A stretch of 52,996 nucleotides of DNA, filler included, from Sphacelaria rigidula (GCA_964200075.2; 2 parts of 2 records of this genome joined end to end with filler, not necessarily neighbours in it), one strand, 5' to 3'; counted from the first letter of the whole stretch, positions 1-12,745 are shown. The notes: generated by a model not told the origin, from the letters alone. Numbers and translations are program-made.

Positions 1-338
1 CCTTTCCAATACCTGTCCTGTTATTCCTTATCATACACATAACCAAAAAAATAATAATAAGAACAGCGACGCCACGAAAACCGGTGAGAAGTAGCTCCCC
101 CGAGTTCATACATGTGTAAAATAGGGATACCTTGGTGGACAGTTCTTGCTGCGATGCGTTCTGATCGCTGCGATACGTTGAGCAACGTGCTATAGAGATT
201 GCTTCTGGACTAATAGCCCAAGCGTCAGTGGAAGTTTGTATGATAGTTGGCATGAATGAAAGCTGACCGCAACATCTTGAAGCGGATTGCGCGTGGGGTC
301 TTGGGACGATAGATCGTGTACGGAGCCTTTCGTGTGGG

Positions 339-407
339 GGGGCGTACTCATTTGTTGCTTGCCTTAGTCGTGTGACCATTGACCACGCATCCCTTTCGAG
401 ACGGAGC
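339..407 (-). mobile_element. Severely 5'-truncated LINE 3' end with oligo(C) tail and target-site duplication
   Basis: Reverse complement matches 20441-20512 (gctccgtctcga..gggatgcgtggtcaat..aaggc.agcaacaaatgagtacg.cccc). Flanked by the 19-bp direct repeat acggagcctttcgtgtggg at 320-338 and 401-419. Confidence 0.75.
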
Positions 408-613
408 CTTTCGTGTGGGATAGACAAAACACGAGCCCCCCCCGTCCGACACTGCTCTATTCGGGAAACAACACCGTCGAGTAAAAGCCAATGAACCCAG
501 TTCCTCAGGATTCGGGGTTAAACTACGATTGCAGCGTTAGGGTGCTACAGTCCTCGCCAAAGCAGAAATCCGAGTGACTGATCGATTGGTTTAACGAGCA
601 CCAAGTGTACATT

Positions 614-618
<5 letters not shown>

Positions 619-644
<26 letters not shown>
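619..644. repeat. (AT)n microsatellite
   Basis: Perfect dinucleotide run. Confidence 0.95.
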
Positions 645-645
<1 letters not shown>

Positions 646-1170
646 CCTACTCCAGCTTGATGCGTGGTTCGTCGGGTTGCCTATGCTCGCAACAGGCGCA
701 CGAGTGGAGGCGGTGTTTGACAGATTTCCCCAGGACAACGGCAGGGAACCAGCCGAATTGGTTGGGAACCTTCGTATTTCACTTCACACTGTAAGATACT
801 GCCGACCACAGTAACCATGCCCCGTACAGACATGGAATCATCGAAGGAAGCCTCGTGAGACCGCCTATACCTCCAGTCTGGTCAACCCGTGACGTCGTTG
901 GCGTCATGCGTTTCCGCGTCTCAACCTCTTCGGCCCGAGATTCCCGAGGTGTGCGATAAGTCGACCACTGGGAATATGTGAAAACAGATGATTTGGTGAA
1001 AAGGTGACACTAGTCAGGGTCGCTGACCATAAAATACCCGCTAAGGCGTCATTGGAGATTATGCTCGGAAACCAAAGAAGAGCTGCTTCGTAATAGCGTC
1101 CGGGATATCGGCGTTCAACGCCAGTCGGCCATATTGTGCCGAAAGGAGGTATGGCTCCCAAGTGGTTGAG

Positions 1171-2800
1171 TCACAAATACTTTCTGCTATCCATCATCTC
1201 ACTAAAGGGCTCACTATTATACAGTAACAGTGTGCGTTGCATCCGTAGGGCTCGCGGATGAGAGCTTATGCAAAAATCCGAAATAGCTGTGCCGCAATCT
1301 TCTTTCACGGCATCTTGTTTTGTTTTGCGTGTTGCATGGGTGTGCGTGTTCAATGACCACGGTGTCATCGCCTGAGGCCATTCTGCAGGGGCCGGACATT
1401 TCTAGTATGTTTCCATCAATTCTTCCTTGCGACCGGTTTCGTTTTGTTTCTAGCTCTTCCCGTTATTTCCTCTCTTCTTCCATTTCTCTGCTCTGTGTTG
1501 TTTGCATTCTGTTGTGATTTGTTTTTTTTATTCTTCAGTTTTCTTCGCTTGTCTGTTCTCATCTTCTTTCCAGTTTCACGTTTCTTTCCCGAATGTTTCC
1601 GCTCTGTTCACCTTGGGCAATGTACGTCCATCTCATGACCACGGCTGGATTCGTCGGGGATCAGCTAATGGGCGACAATCAACCAAACAATCAACGTGGT
1701 GGTATCTCCACAACAAGGCCTGTCCGTCAAGGAGAGCAGCGTTTTCGATTATACACTTGGCTACCCGTACCACAACTTTGCACCGATGACCGGGCATTTT
1801 GCAATGGTCCGGGACTTGACAGAGATTGTACGGTCCCGTCCAGGACGCACTAACCGCGAGTCCATGTCTCCCCGCGGATGATCCATTGGGGATTGATTTC
1901 GAGCATCGGCCACACCGCAGTAATGCAACCAATATCTCGACAACAAGGGTGGTGCTGAACCTAATACAGTGTTCGGCCGCCGAACGCATCTCCCAAGCGC
2001 TATATAATTGTGGACAACGTGGAAGAGAAGAACAGAAAAGGATTTCCACGAAATTTGCAAAAAAAAAGGGGCTGCTGTAAAAGTAGTGGGTAAATCAAGG
2101 GAAGGATACTGGGGTCGGCGTAGGAACGCACCTTGACCGCCGGGAGTCCTTCATCCTTCAGAATGGCGAGCGCGTGTTCCTGTGTACTCTCTTCGACGTC
2201 TAGCTCGTCCATCATGGCCAAGAATTTCTCCTTTGCTTCATCTTCATCGCCATCGCTCGTGGACAGCTCTGTCTCCAATTCCGTTATGCTTTCTCCCATT
2301 CTCCTTACAGTGCTGTACCTGCGCGTAGGGTTAATCGGTAAAATGGAGCACGGGGTTGATCGCCTCCATCTGTTTTCATCCGTATCTGTATACCTTAGCG
2401 TGGTTGCAATCACCCGCTCCCACTACTACTACTACTATCACGTCTACTACGACTACGACTATTACTGCCGCCACTACTACGAACACTACTGCCACTCCCA
2501 CCCCCACCACTACAAATCAGCTAAACCGAAAGGATGACAATACGCACTACTACTACTACTACTACTACTACTACCACGACTACTACGACTACGACTATTA
2601 CTGCCGCCACTACTACGAACACTACTGCCACTCCCACCCCCACCACTACAAATCAGCTAAACCGAAAGGATGACAATACGCCACACCACGGAGGGACTCG
2701 CCTTCGTAGAACATCAGTTTCCTCTTTTGCGCCAGGATGGCCACCGAGAACCAGTGGGACGTTCGGTAGCGGTCTGCTTAATCCTCTAGTATCCCGCTGC
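1171..2800 (-). pseudogene. Possible degraded, spliced Ulp1/peptidase C48-like (SUMO protease) coding remnant
   Basis: Minus-strand motifs in the expected order: SHWFSVAILAQKRKLMFYEG (2700-2759), an exon-like acidic segment 2132-2318 bounded by cgcag| and |gtgcgt, CPAPAEWPQ (~1372-1398), and EDCGTAISDF (DCG at 1291-1299). In-frame stops and imperfect splice phases are present. Confidence 0.35.
2421..2681. repeat. Tandem duplication (~125 + 136 bp) built on an (ACT)n microsatellite
   Basis: Both units end in actacaaatcagctaaaccgaaaggatgacaatacgc (at 2545 and 2681) and differ mainly in ACT copy number. Confidence 0.95.
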
Positions 2801-5800
2801 ATTGTCCGGCGTACATGTGGACGTGTTGGAGTCGATGGGCATTTGAGGTGTGAAGCGGTAAGCGGACCTACTCCCGAAGAAGGGCATTTGTTTGTTGTAC
2901 ATCCCCTTTCAGTATCCGTGCTCGACCACTGTTTGACCATATTCAGCACGTATATAAAGAGTTCTTCTCTTCCTGCAGTAAGATCGGATGCATCGCACGG
3001 AGAGGGGTGATTTACGACTCTGTAACTGCTGGCAAGGGCACCCACCTCTTGCAAGAGGGAAGGGTCTCGGGGAGTGCAGGCGCCCATGATATCCCGTCCG
3101 ACGAACACACACGATGGCTCAGCGTTACAATCACTCCTGCCGTGTAGAGGTCACCGGCCACGATACAAGGCGCAACAAGCAAGTTTGGTCGTATGTGGAA
3201 TAGGTCGGTTCTCTTTTGTAGGCGGCTGGGCAACCTCGTATACTTCGTGCGGTCAAACGCCGTCGAACACAGTCGATGACGTGGATTGGCGTGTGGTAAT
3301 GTGACCAAGAAGTGTGTGTGCGTTGCACCTTCTCGAGACGCGGTCGCCTCACCCTGCGTATGTGCGCTGAACGACGTACAGCACCATTTTATATCGTCAT
3401 CTCGATTTTTCTGCTTCTTCGGCTCACGAAAGAGGTGAAATATATCCACGACATCAAGTCAACGTAGCACGTGCTACCAACCTTTAGTGTGCCAGTCAAA
3501 GGCATTCATATCATACTGTCGGAGCTGCTGTTCCAGGAAACGGAAAGAGCACATCTCGCGTCTACCTACGTGATGTGTGATGGGCCACGCGTCACCCTCG
3601 GCAAGCGAATTTCCATCGTCTATTTGTTCGAGGAGGACGACCGTCCACTTCGCAAGACACTTTTATAATTTCCGCACGAGATCTTTTGAGCGACGCACTT
3701 CACGCATCTGGCGGTCGCAGTTTTGAGATAGCAGTGAGATGAACAGCGTATCCCACGGAGTGCTATTCTCTGTCCCTCCCTCACAAGGGGAAGCAACGCA
3801 TTTCCGAGCAATCAGCTGTGACCCGTACTTCCGCTGCTCCATCGTGCCCCTTTGTATCCCAGATAAGGCCACTTCTTGACAAAGCACAACAGATCCGGAG
3901 GGCTTGGACCTTGAACAAAGGATTAGCAATAACCCCAAACGGTGCTTGATGAACCCTCACTGTAACAGTAATCCTTACCCAACCATGTATGATCTGGTTT
4001 TGGCTTGGATCCGTCAAAAACTGAAGTGGAAATAGTCGCTCTCGCAAGACCGCACCGCACGAGTGGTGTCAGAACTGCGCATTCCAAGGAGGAAAAGCGA
4101 CACAATCGCTTGCGCCCATCGTCGATGCTCGCCCAGTACGGGATGAAGTGCAACCGCTCCTGGCACCATGTACTCCAGTGGACTCCGGCTATCTATAGTG
4201 TACGCGCGTCCTGCTATGGATGCCAATACGCGATACTGCATGCAGTGAAGTTTCAAGTAGATGATGGCATCTTGAAATGCTCTGACGCACGCTGAGACCA
4301 AAAACAGTGTGGGACACAGAAGCAACGACACACAATGAGTGAATTCGTAGCCGTCCCAAAATGCAACTTGTGGCGCAAGCCCACGGTTATGGGAAGATCA
4401 CGCGGGATGAACCGGAATACTAAAATCTCTGAAATGTCCATGCTGGAAAACCAACCATCTGTGTCAACATTAGTTTTGATAACACGCGCAGGTTTTCGTT
4501 GACTGAGCCTGAACAAGGTGAAGACATGAATCCCCTGAGAGAGACATGACATAAAAGGCAGATAGGCGCCTAACCACTATTCAGCCGGGCACGTTGTGCC
4601 TTGATCCATGGGGAACCATACTGTGTTGAGGGTATAGCACTAATTCGCGTGAACTTCAAAATCTGTCGGGGGGGGGGGGGGGGGGGGTATTGCCCTTTTT
4701 TTAACAATTTTTGTTCTCTTGGGGGCCGCCCCAAACTTCCCTTTTCGGCCCCAAAAAACANNNNNNNNNNGTTGGTCGTGGTCGTAGTGGGGTGTGGGTG
4801 GGGGGGGGGGGGGTGAGGGGGGTTGTCAGGCATGGGCGGGGGGGGGGGGGGGGGGGGGGGTGATATTGACCGTTTGATAACAATTTCAGTCATCATGAGC
4901 GCGACGCAACGATCGTCCTTTCGGCACCAAAAAGCACAAACAACGCACAAGGCATTGGCAATCGCAAGGCCTACATCGCTGGTTATCAGATGTCTCAACT
5001 GTCAACGTCAGCAGAGGCGTGCCAGCTCGCGCTTATTTTCTGTCGAAACAAACGATTATCAAGAGTCAGGATCCATTTTGCAGTCTCGTAAATCTGGGTG
5101 ACTCGATACAATATAGCAACGGTCGGACAAATAATGGTTCGTCTGGAAATTACTTGGTCTTAGTATAATTGATTCGACTCGTACAAATCAATCCCTAGGC
5201 TTTGTTTTCAGCGCGGCAACCCAGGTACACGCAGCCNNNNNNNNNNGACCTGCGGTCAACTTTTTTCTCCCTTTTGGGCAATCACGCCGAAGAAATCGCG
5301 GATTTGGTGATTTGCAGTCGTGATGATTCGTCCTAACCGTGCAAAATATATAGTCTTCCTCATTTTTTATCGAGTCAGCCATTTTTTCGGCTGCACGAAG
5401 TCGTAACAGTAGCATATCTGTTATTCTATCCCCATAAGAAATGTTCCTGGCAAAAACACACACACACAGAAGGGGTCATTTTGTATCGCTGATTCTTTTT
5501 CCGCAACATGTGGTCTGATGGCACTGCGAGTAGTCTGTGTTGGGTTCTTGACAAAAAACTGCTCATTTTTCCGATACCAGGCGAGTGTTGGGATGTTCCC
5601 AAGGCACGAAAAAAATCGAAAGCAATTTGATTGGGGTTCCGGGAAGCGGATCAAGCAATCACCTTACATACCTTCATTTCGTTTTTCGTTTTTTCAAAAT
5701 ACGCACTTACTCGGAAGGTGTAGAAATTAGTTTGGGGATCTACTTCATTCCCACTCTGGAGGTATATGACCCCTGGTATATTCTCCGCTAACGTAGATAC

Positions 5801-7403
5801 CTGCTGTGGTCTAGTAAACTGTTCTGATGTGGAGCTCTTCCCTCTTGTTGCCATCACTTACCTTCCCCCGCCCATTTGCGGATGTATGAGCTGAGCCTGT
5901 ACACCGATGTTAGTTACCACCCATGATCCGAACAATCGTGCAAAACTCGTATGCTCCCACAGAGTGGTGCATCACGAGTGTTTGAAAGCGCTGCACAATG
6001 ATGTATTGATATACCGTGCAGTATCCCCATCCCTAATCTTCTGCGGGGACTAACGATATACACGTTGGGTAGACAAAAATGAATCAGGTATGGCGATGTG
6101 TGTGTGTGTGTGTGTTCGTCCCATTTACTCTGGATGCATTCTGCACATCTTCCGGTGTATGTGGGCGCACCAGCCGGGGGCCCACAGGAGCAAGGTCACA
6201 CGGGAGGTTTCACCCTCTTCACCTTTCTTTTGCGGTGCTTGCCTTTATTTTTATCCGCGAGAAGGATTCGTCCGTTCCTGTTCAACTTTGGATTTCAGTG
6301 TGATCCCTTCTCAATGTATTTATCGGGGCATTTGACCTAATTGTAATTCATACCCCACATAAGTCGTCCGAGATAGTCATTCTCCAAGGCGTCAAATATG
6401 CTGAGACAAGCCTGGCAGACGTCCTTGGAAGAGAGATGACCACATCAGCATGGCAACGTGGTGCCGCGACAGTGTGGACGCCTCAGGCGGCGGGGTGGCA
6501 AAATATGCATGCCACTACGGAGAGGAAGCATATAATACACGGAATGTCTTGTGGCAAGGTAATACACGACGTAGTTGACACTGTGTGCTTATACCGGCAG
6601 TAAAACGTGAACTGTACGTAGTACTCACTGTATGATGCAAACCACGCCTCGGCAAAGCCAGAAAACCCGCGACCCATCCGTGAACATTTCAAAATTGCAT
6701 CTTGCACTCCTTCCTACTCTGCCACCAAGTGAAATAATGAAAAAAAAACTCTGCAAAACATCGATCAAGTGCGTGTGGGGGAAACCTCAACATATTCACG
6801 TGGGAGCGTTGTGGGTAAGGACTTCAGGTCGATTCTGGTTAGAAGGAGACTACAGCAACCGCCCCTGTCCTTGTCAGGCTGCCGGGGTCTCCAGCAGCCG
6901 AAGTCCGGCACTGTCTGTAGCGAGACGTTGCCCCCTTACCGAACATCTTCACAGTGATTCTTGGCATGAGATACGCTTCTCCACGGCTCGGCTGTACGGC
7001 CGCGTCTTTCGCGTCTTTCGATAGACGGCGTACAAAACCTGAGGACACCTGCCTCAAACACACGACCAAGTCTGGCTGGCGGTTGTTCCCGGTGTCACCG
7101 CCACCGTCGACCGATAGGCGGCCGACGCAAACAACAAAACTGGCAAGATCTGTCGCTACCTCCGCGCGGATGACATCGTTTCCCTCTAGACTTGTCATTA
7201 GAACAGTTCAGCATCGGGGATAACCATCTTTCAAATTCATGCAGCGCACAGAACGCCTTGGGTCGCCGAATACGCTGCGTCAAAACCTACATACATGAGG
7301 CTTCAAGCTGCACATCCGTGAAGTTTCAGCATCATCAGACGCCAGGTACGCTATGTTTGGGCGTCGAGCTGTAATGTTTGCGCCTCTACATTAATGAAAA
7401 GTA

Positions 7404-8241
7404 AGACCGATTTGTATGGCAATCAATCCCGGATCTGGCGGGACGCGAATCTGTGCCAAAGCGGGGAGACCCAGATTCGTGAAACTCAGACTCGTGTGTA
7501 CCCCTGTATGGCTTCACGTATTTGTTGAAATTGTTCTGTACACGAACGGTCATTTTCTGGGCGGGTGTGGTATCACGGTGAAGGCGAAGAACAGGCCGGC
7601 AAGACATCATCCTTCAAGGGCAGCGTCGTACCGTGGTACCCTGGGGTATTATGCATTGCAGTACACTGCACAATGACAGTATACGATAATGCCGTGTGGT
7701 AATACATGATGGTACAGTCGGTATTGCGAGAACAGCGCAGTGTACGACAAGAGTTCACGAGTGCAGTGTCATTTCACCCTGCGAGTACAGCGACAGCAGA
7801 GTGTAGGATAGTACAGTACCGTTCGTTATGATGATACATACAAAAGTACAGAGCAGCATAAAATATTGACATCGCCGCAGGGTACGGCGTAAACACTTCT
7901 TATCCGCTTGTCAAACCCCGTGCGGAGCTGCGCCAGCAGCCGGCGCTCGCAGGCACGGTCGATGCTGTCACGAGACTGTCTGCTGCTGTTGTTGCAAAAA
8001 TATCAAACGCCTGTTGCCCTATCACCGTACGTCAACATACGTACGTCACTTCCCACAGATTCGGGGGACCTCGATTTTGGACGGATCTGCGCTCAGATTA
8101 GTGTAAAATTATTCTAACATCGTGACAAACGAATCTGAGCTGCCCTGGTTTGGGCCAAAGTGGGGTCCATACAGTGCGTTTCCGGATCTGAGGTCCCCCG
8201 ATCTGCGTACAGATCCGTTTTTGTGACCACCACACAAGGTC
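7404..8241. mobile_element. Degenerate non-autonomous TIR element related to 15396-16272
   Basis: Core 7520-8010 aligns with 15505-16015 (tgttctgtacac..ggtaccctggggta..ttatccgcttgtcaaa..aaatatcaaacgcc). Left end agaccgatttgtatggcaa..cggatct resembles that element's TIR. Confidence 0.65.
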
Positions 8242-8272
8242 AAACAACGATGCAAAAGCAGGTCGAGGAGCG

Positions 8273-8727
8273 TATACTCAATACTCAGTATTTTCGAAGA
8301 GTCACACTTTTGGTACTCAATTTTTGAGTAGAGTATTGAAGGAAGTACTCGATCTCCGCAAACTTGAGTAGAGTATTGAGGTCATGCTCAAGTGATTCTC
8401 TATACTCAGGTATAACTGAGAGTGCTTACTCAATATTTGAACAGAGTATTGGAGGTCGTGCTCGATCAACTCAAAAATTGAGTGGAGTATTTGAGGCCAT
8501 ACTCACCTATTCAAAAATTGAGTGTAGTATTTGAGGCCAAACTCGATCTACTCAAGAATTGAGTAGAGTATTGAGGTCATACCCAAGTGATACTCTATAC
8601 TCAAGTATTACTGAGAGTGCTTACTCATTATTTGAGTAGAGTGTTGGAGGCCGTACTCGATCTAGTAAAAAATTGAGTAGAGTACTTGAGGCCGTATTCG
8701 ACCTACTCGAAATTTGAGTAGAGTATT
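8273..8727. repeat. Minisatellite of ~40-bp palindromic units with ~195-bp higher-order period
   Basis: Recurrent tactcaa(a)aattgagtagagtattgagg. The longer variant unit begins at 8364 and again at 8559. Confidence 0.85.
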
Positions 8728-8730
8728 TAA

Positions 8731-9622
8731 CCCTTACACAGCGACCCCCCCGCTGGTAGACTGAGGTAGACACTCCACTTTTGGGGTTCAGAATCATTCC
8801 TTTGTCACAACTAAAACCGCCTACTCTACGGCGGAAGGGATCGGGAGTGCACAAGAGGCACGTAGTTGTGAGAGTCACAAGATGGACGGTGGTGTGATTG
8901 TCGACCACCTGATAATTACGCCGCATCTTTTTGCTGTGCAGTCTGTAGTGTATCGTGTCGCGGCTGCACGTGCGGTCTGCAGCATACTGGATCTTACAGT
9001 GTTGAACGTACCGAGTGTACGCAGCGTGCGTTTGGATATCGCACCATGACTACCGCCGCGAATACCCCTGACTACCGTAGAGCAATTGCTCGGCGATGGC
9101 GGTCGCCTCACCATCGAGGTACTTGTCTACATCTAAATACGTGCGTAGGATACTCGTGGTCGCCGCTCGCGTGTTGCGCCTTGACGTTTTATACCAGATG
9201 GAGGTGTGGAGTTAGTAGGACGATTAGGCAGTACTGAACACACAGACACATTGTACCGAAGATGCTCGAACACCTGCTTTTTGGTTATAAAATCTATGGT
9301 CGATTTGGTATGATCAAAATAATATTTGAGAGTAGACGGCGAAGGTGTCTACCAGCTGTCTACCTCTACCGGAACAAAAGTGCTCATTTTGACGACCGTG
9401 ATTGGTCAGAATGGTCACCCCACGCTCGGGCCTCGTGCACGGCTCATAATTTTCCGCGGGAAACTTCCACACACACATGGTTGACTGCGTGAGCTTCTCC
9501 GATGCTCCGCCGAGAGACACCTCCTCCCCTGAACCCTCCCCCCCCAAGCTCTGGAAACCCCCGGATGACTCGGGACTGCGAGCCTGTACAACTGTTCCGA
9601 GGCGACGCTCGTCGTCTAAGGG
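8731..9622 (+). mobile_element. piggyBac-like non-autonomous element
   Basis: TTAA at 8727-8730 and 9623-9626; ends ccctta.ac...gt.taaggg. Confidence 0.8.
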
Positions 9623-9626
9623 TTAA

Positions 9627-9715
9627 CTCTTCGACAGCGACCCCCCCGCAGATGGACCCAGTTGGACTATGCCACTGTTTGGGCTCAGAATCCTTCCTTT
9701 GTCACAAACAAGACG
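9627..9715 (+). mobile_element. Left end of a second piggyBac-like copy sharing the TTAA at 9623-9626
   Basis: ctcttcgacagcgacccccccgc...cagaatc.ttcctttgtcacaa matches 8731-8810. Confidence 0.7.
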
Positions 9716-10033
9716 CCTTTTTCACGAAAACGTGAATACTTGTTTCTTATACTGTAGATTTGATAGGTCCACCGCGTTCATATTTCCTTGAAGGAAGGCT
9801 TCGACTCAAAATTATAATTAGCGGCGCGCAGAGAAGAGTGCAACGAGGTAAAATACAATCGTTTTCGAAAAGGGAATTTTAGGAAGTGAACACTTCCTGG
9901 AACCCCCCCCCAAAAGAGATTTCTGGGTTTCTGGTTTCTGGGCTCGTTTTTCGGAAAGTGGTATCGAAGCGAGCAATCAGCGGTCGTTTCTCAAAAAGGG
10001 GAGTTTGAAGAAAGGGAAAATCCCCTCTATGAA

Positions 10034-10137
10034 CCCTTTTTGACCGCGGTGCAGGTAGTCCATTTGGATCATGCATACTTTTTTCAAGTGAATATTGATG
10101 CCGATTCAGCAGATAATCTATCCTCACGGTCAAAGGG
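10034..10137. mobile_element. ~104-bp piggyBac-like micro-MITE
   Basis: Ends ccctttttgaccg...cggtcaaaggg; an inverted copy lies at 28979-29081. Confidence 0.7.
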
Positions 10138-10141
10138 TTGG

Positions 10142-10375
10142 CCCTTCGACAGCGAGCGTCACCTCGGAACAGCTCGAGAACCTGACAGTCCTGAGACACC
10201 CGGGGGTTTCTGGTGGCCGGGGTGTGTGGTTTTGTTTAGGGGGGGTGTCCGTCCGCAGAGGAGCCGGAAAGCTCACCAAGTCAACCATATGTATTTGGAA
10301 GTTTCCCGCGGAGAATTATTAGCCGTGCACGAGGCCGGAGATTCTCGGGATGCCCATTCTGACCAGTCAGGCCGC
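10142..10375 (-). mobile_element. Right end of a third piggyBac-like copy, inverted and truncated
   Basis: Reverse complement of 9400-9622 (gagcgtc.cctcggaacag...ggaagtttcccgcgga.aattat.agccgtgcacgaggcc). Confidence 0.75.
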
Positions 10376-10381
10376 TTTTTT

Positions 10382-10631
10382 TAGACTGGAGAAAGTCTCT
10401 GAGAAAAGTCATTTTGGACGACTTTTCTCACAGAATTTTTCCAGAGAAATCAGTTTTCAAAACCCCACCTTTTAGTCCATGAAAAAATCCTGGGGATTTG
10501 TACACCCGAGGCCATTATCTATCTTGCGTGCAGACGGTGGTAGTGGTCATCATTTGCATCTTGTGCTTGTGCCACCTACGGTGAACCAACACGTAAAAAA
10601 TCCCATCGAGGTACAGGATAGATGGGATGGC

Positions 10632-10686
<55 letters not shown>

Positions 10687-11422
10687 GCATACACACGCAC
10701 ACGCACAGTAGCTTCTAGTAAACAGTAATAGGGATCGAAATGATCGGCGGATCAACCCTCACTTCAGCCGATCGCCGCTTGGTACAGTAGTCGTGTCGTA
10801 AGTGTAATATGTGCAGCAGACGGTTTGTGCCATACCGCACACAACAAATTCACGTGACAGTAGTGCGGTAGCAACCGTCGTAGTACACAGAATACTACAC
10901 AGTCCGAAATCGGTGGCGGGCACGACGAGCATGAAACGACACGAGCAGTCAACGCAGCCAGCAGGGGCTACATCGTGCTATATTACGGTAGTAACGCTGC
11001 CGGTAAAAAAGCACTGTACTGTCGGTACTGTCTGTCCCTGGTCCTACGGTCACGAAGAAGATGCCCGAAGTGCTGCAGCAGCTACGCTATTGCCACGGTA
11101 CTGTACATACAACATGGACAGCTACTTTTACACTGACTGTACCACGCTTGTATGCGAGTAGTGTGTAATGGAGTACTGATTGTACCATTGCAGGTGCGGT
11201 GTGCGAGGAATGTATGATGGAACGACAATTCTCAGACAGGGAAAAGTCTCTGGGAATCGATGACTTTTCGCAGAGAGATTTGGGAAAATCCTGGAGTCTG
11301 TAAATTTTGGCCTGTTTCCAGAGACTTTATTCATGAAAAATGGCCCAATTAGGTAGCGTTCTGAAAAAAAATGTCTGGAAACTGACCAAAACAACTTTTC
11401 TCAGAGACTTTTTGTCAGTCTA
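10382..11422. mobile_element. Non-autonomous TIR element with ~36-bp TIRs, superfamily unresolved (possible TA TSD)
   Basis: Left tagactggagaaagtctctgagaaaagtcattttgg vs reverse complement of right end tagactgacaaaaagtctctgagaaaagttgttttgg. Contains (CA)n at 10633-10682. Confidence 0.8.
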
Positions 11423-12745
11423 TAAGGGCCTGTCTTGGCACTTCATTTTCGATCGAAAAAATGGGGCGGTGGAATCGATTTGAGCGAAAATTTCTCGTTT
11501 TGATCCAGTTGGGTTCAAATGGATTTTCAAGCTTTCGATCGAAAAAAGTCAGTGAAAGTCGTGAAACGGTTCATGGTCACTCGTTACAGTACAGACAGTC
11601 CGTAATGTCTGCACTGCTTGCAAGCAAGGTGTCTTGAGTGCGTGTGTGCGTGTTTCGTGTAGGAGGATATAACGGAGAAACGGGCAACGTGTAGTGCAGA
11701 CAGCCCTGGACTATCACTTCTCTCTTCTCACAATGCGACGTGAAGAGGACTTCAGCAACGTGCAGCTTTGCGCTGCCTGCACTGCCCATGAGCATGCACC
11801 CAACTCGGTTGTCCACCGTGCCACGCAGTTCCGTCGCTGGTCCCTACCCTGAGAGAAGATGCGCAAGTTTTCGCCAACAAAAAATAAACGAAGCACCCCC
11901 GACTACTGCATTGTATCTATCCCTGTGCTCATCTCGTGCTCTATGCTGCAGGGTTGCGATGGTAACGGAGGATGAGTTGGATGGAGTTTGCATGGTCCTG
12001 TGAATAGGTGTTATTTGGCGCGGTGGTCTGTAAGATGTGGATCAAGTGCCGCTTCGTGCCTTTCGACCTCATGTTTTTGATCGAAACGAGATTTCCGGAC
12101 ACCTCGAAAGGGAACATGCATGTCCCGTTTACAGAGGCACATGCAAAGGCTTACCACACAACCCAACGTAATCACAGCTGAACCTGAGAAACTTGGTGTC
12201 CCTGCGAACCAAGGACACACAGCTCGAGCCGTAGCTGCTCATCAGCCGAGCACGTTGTGCGTGACCTTGCCCAAATCTGTCCAGAAGTTGTCGAGAAACG
12301 ATGATTTGCGTGAGACGGCCGCACAGCACACGCGCACAAACAGTCAGCAACGATCCGTTTTCGGTTGTTTTCGACACGAACGCGGCCACCATCCGTCCAA
12401 TTCAGAACGGATCTCCGTCAAACAAAGACTGCCGTATATAGATTAGCAAGGGCTAGCGCTGGAAATAATGCGCGTGACTGGTGGGTGTCCGCGCGTATTT
12501 TTTTGGGGGCTGGGTGTGTAGGTATGGTACTGCCTTCTTGAGTCTTGTCTGTAGCATTACATATACGTTGGACTAACGACCACTTCCGGACCCGCCGCAT
12601 ATCTAAACCTGTGTGCAGATCGAGGGTCCGATCTGTACAATCCTGCTTCTCGATTCGGGCGTGTCTTAGGCAAACCGCATTCCCTGCACAGGCCGAACAA
12701 GAAACACAGTCAACTCAAACCCCGCTTCGGATTTCAACAAGACGT

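Noticed and set aside
2133-3010. Poly-Thr / poly-Tyr-His ORFs
   Set aside because: Translations of the duplicated (ACT)n microsatellite
4668-4860. Long G runs, G-quadruplex candidate and poly-Pro ORF
   Set aside because: They surround an N gap and resemble low-quality read ends
6839-7380. Possible minus-strand coding remnant (VGFDAAY...)
   Set aside because: Multiple stops and only a very short motif; no family can be supported
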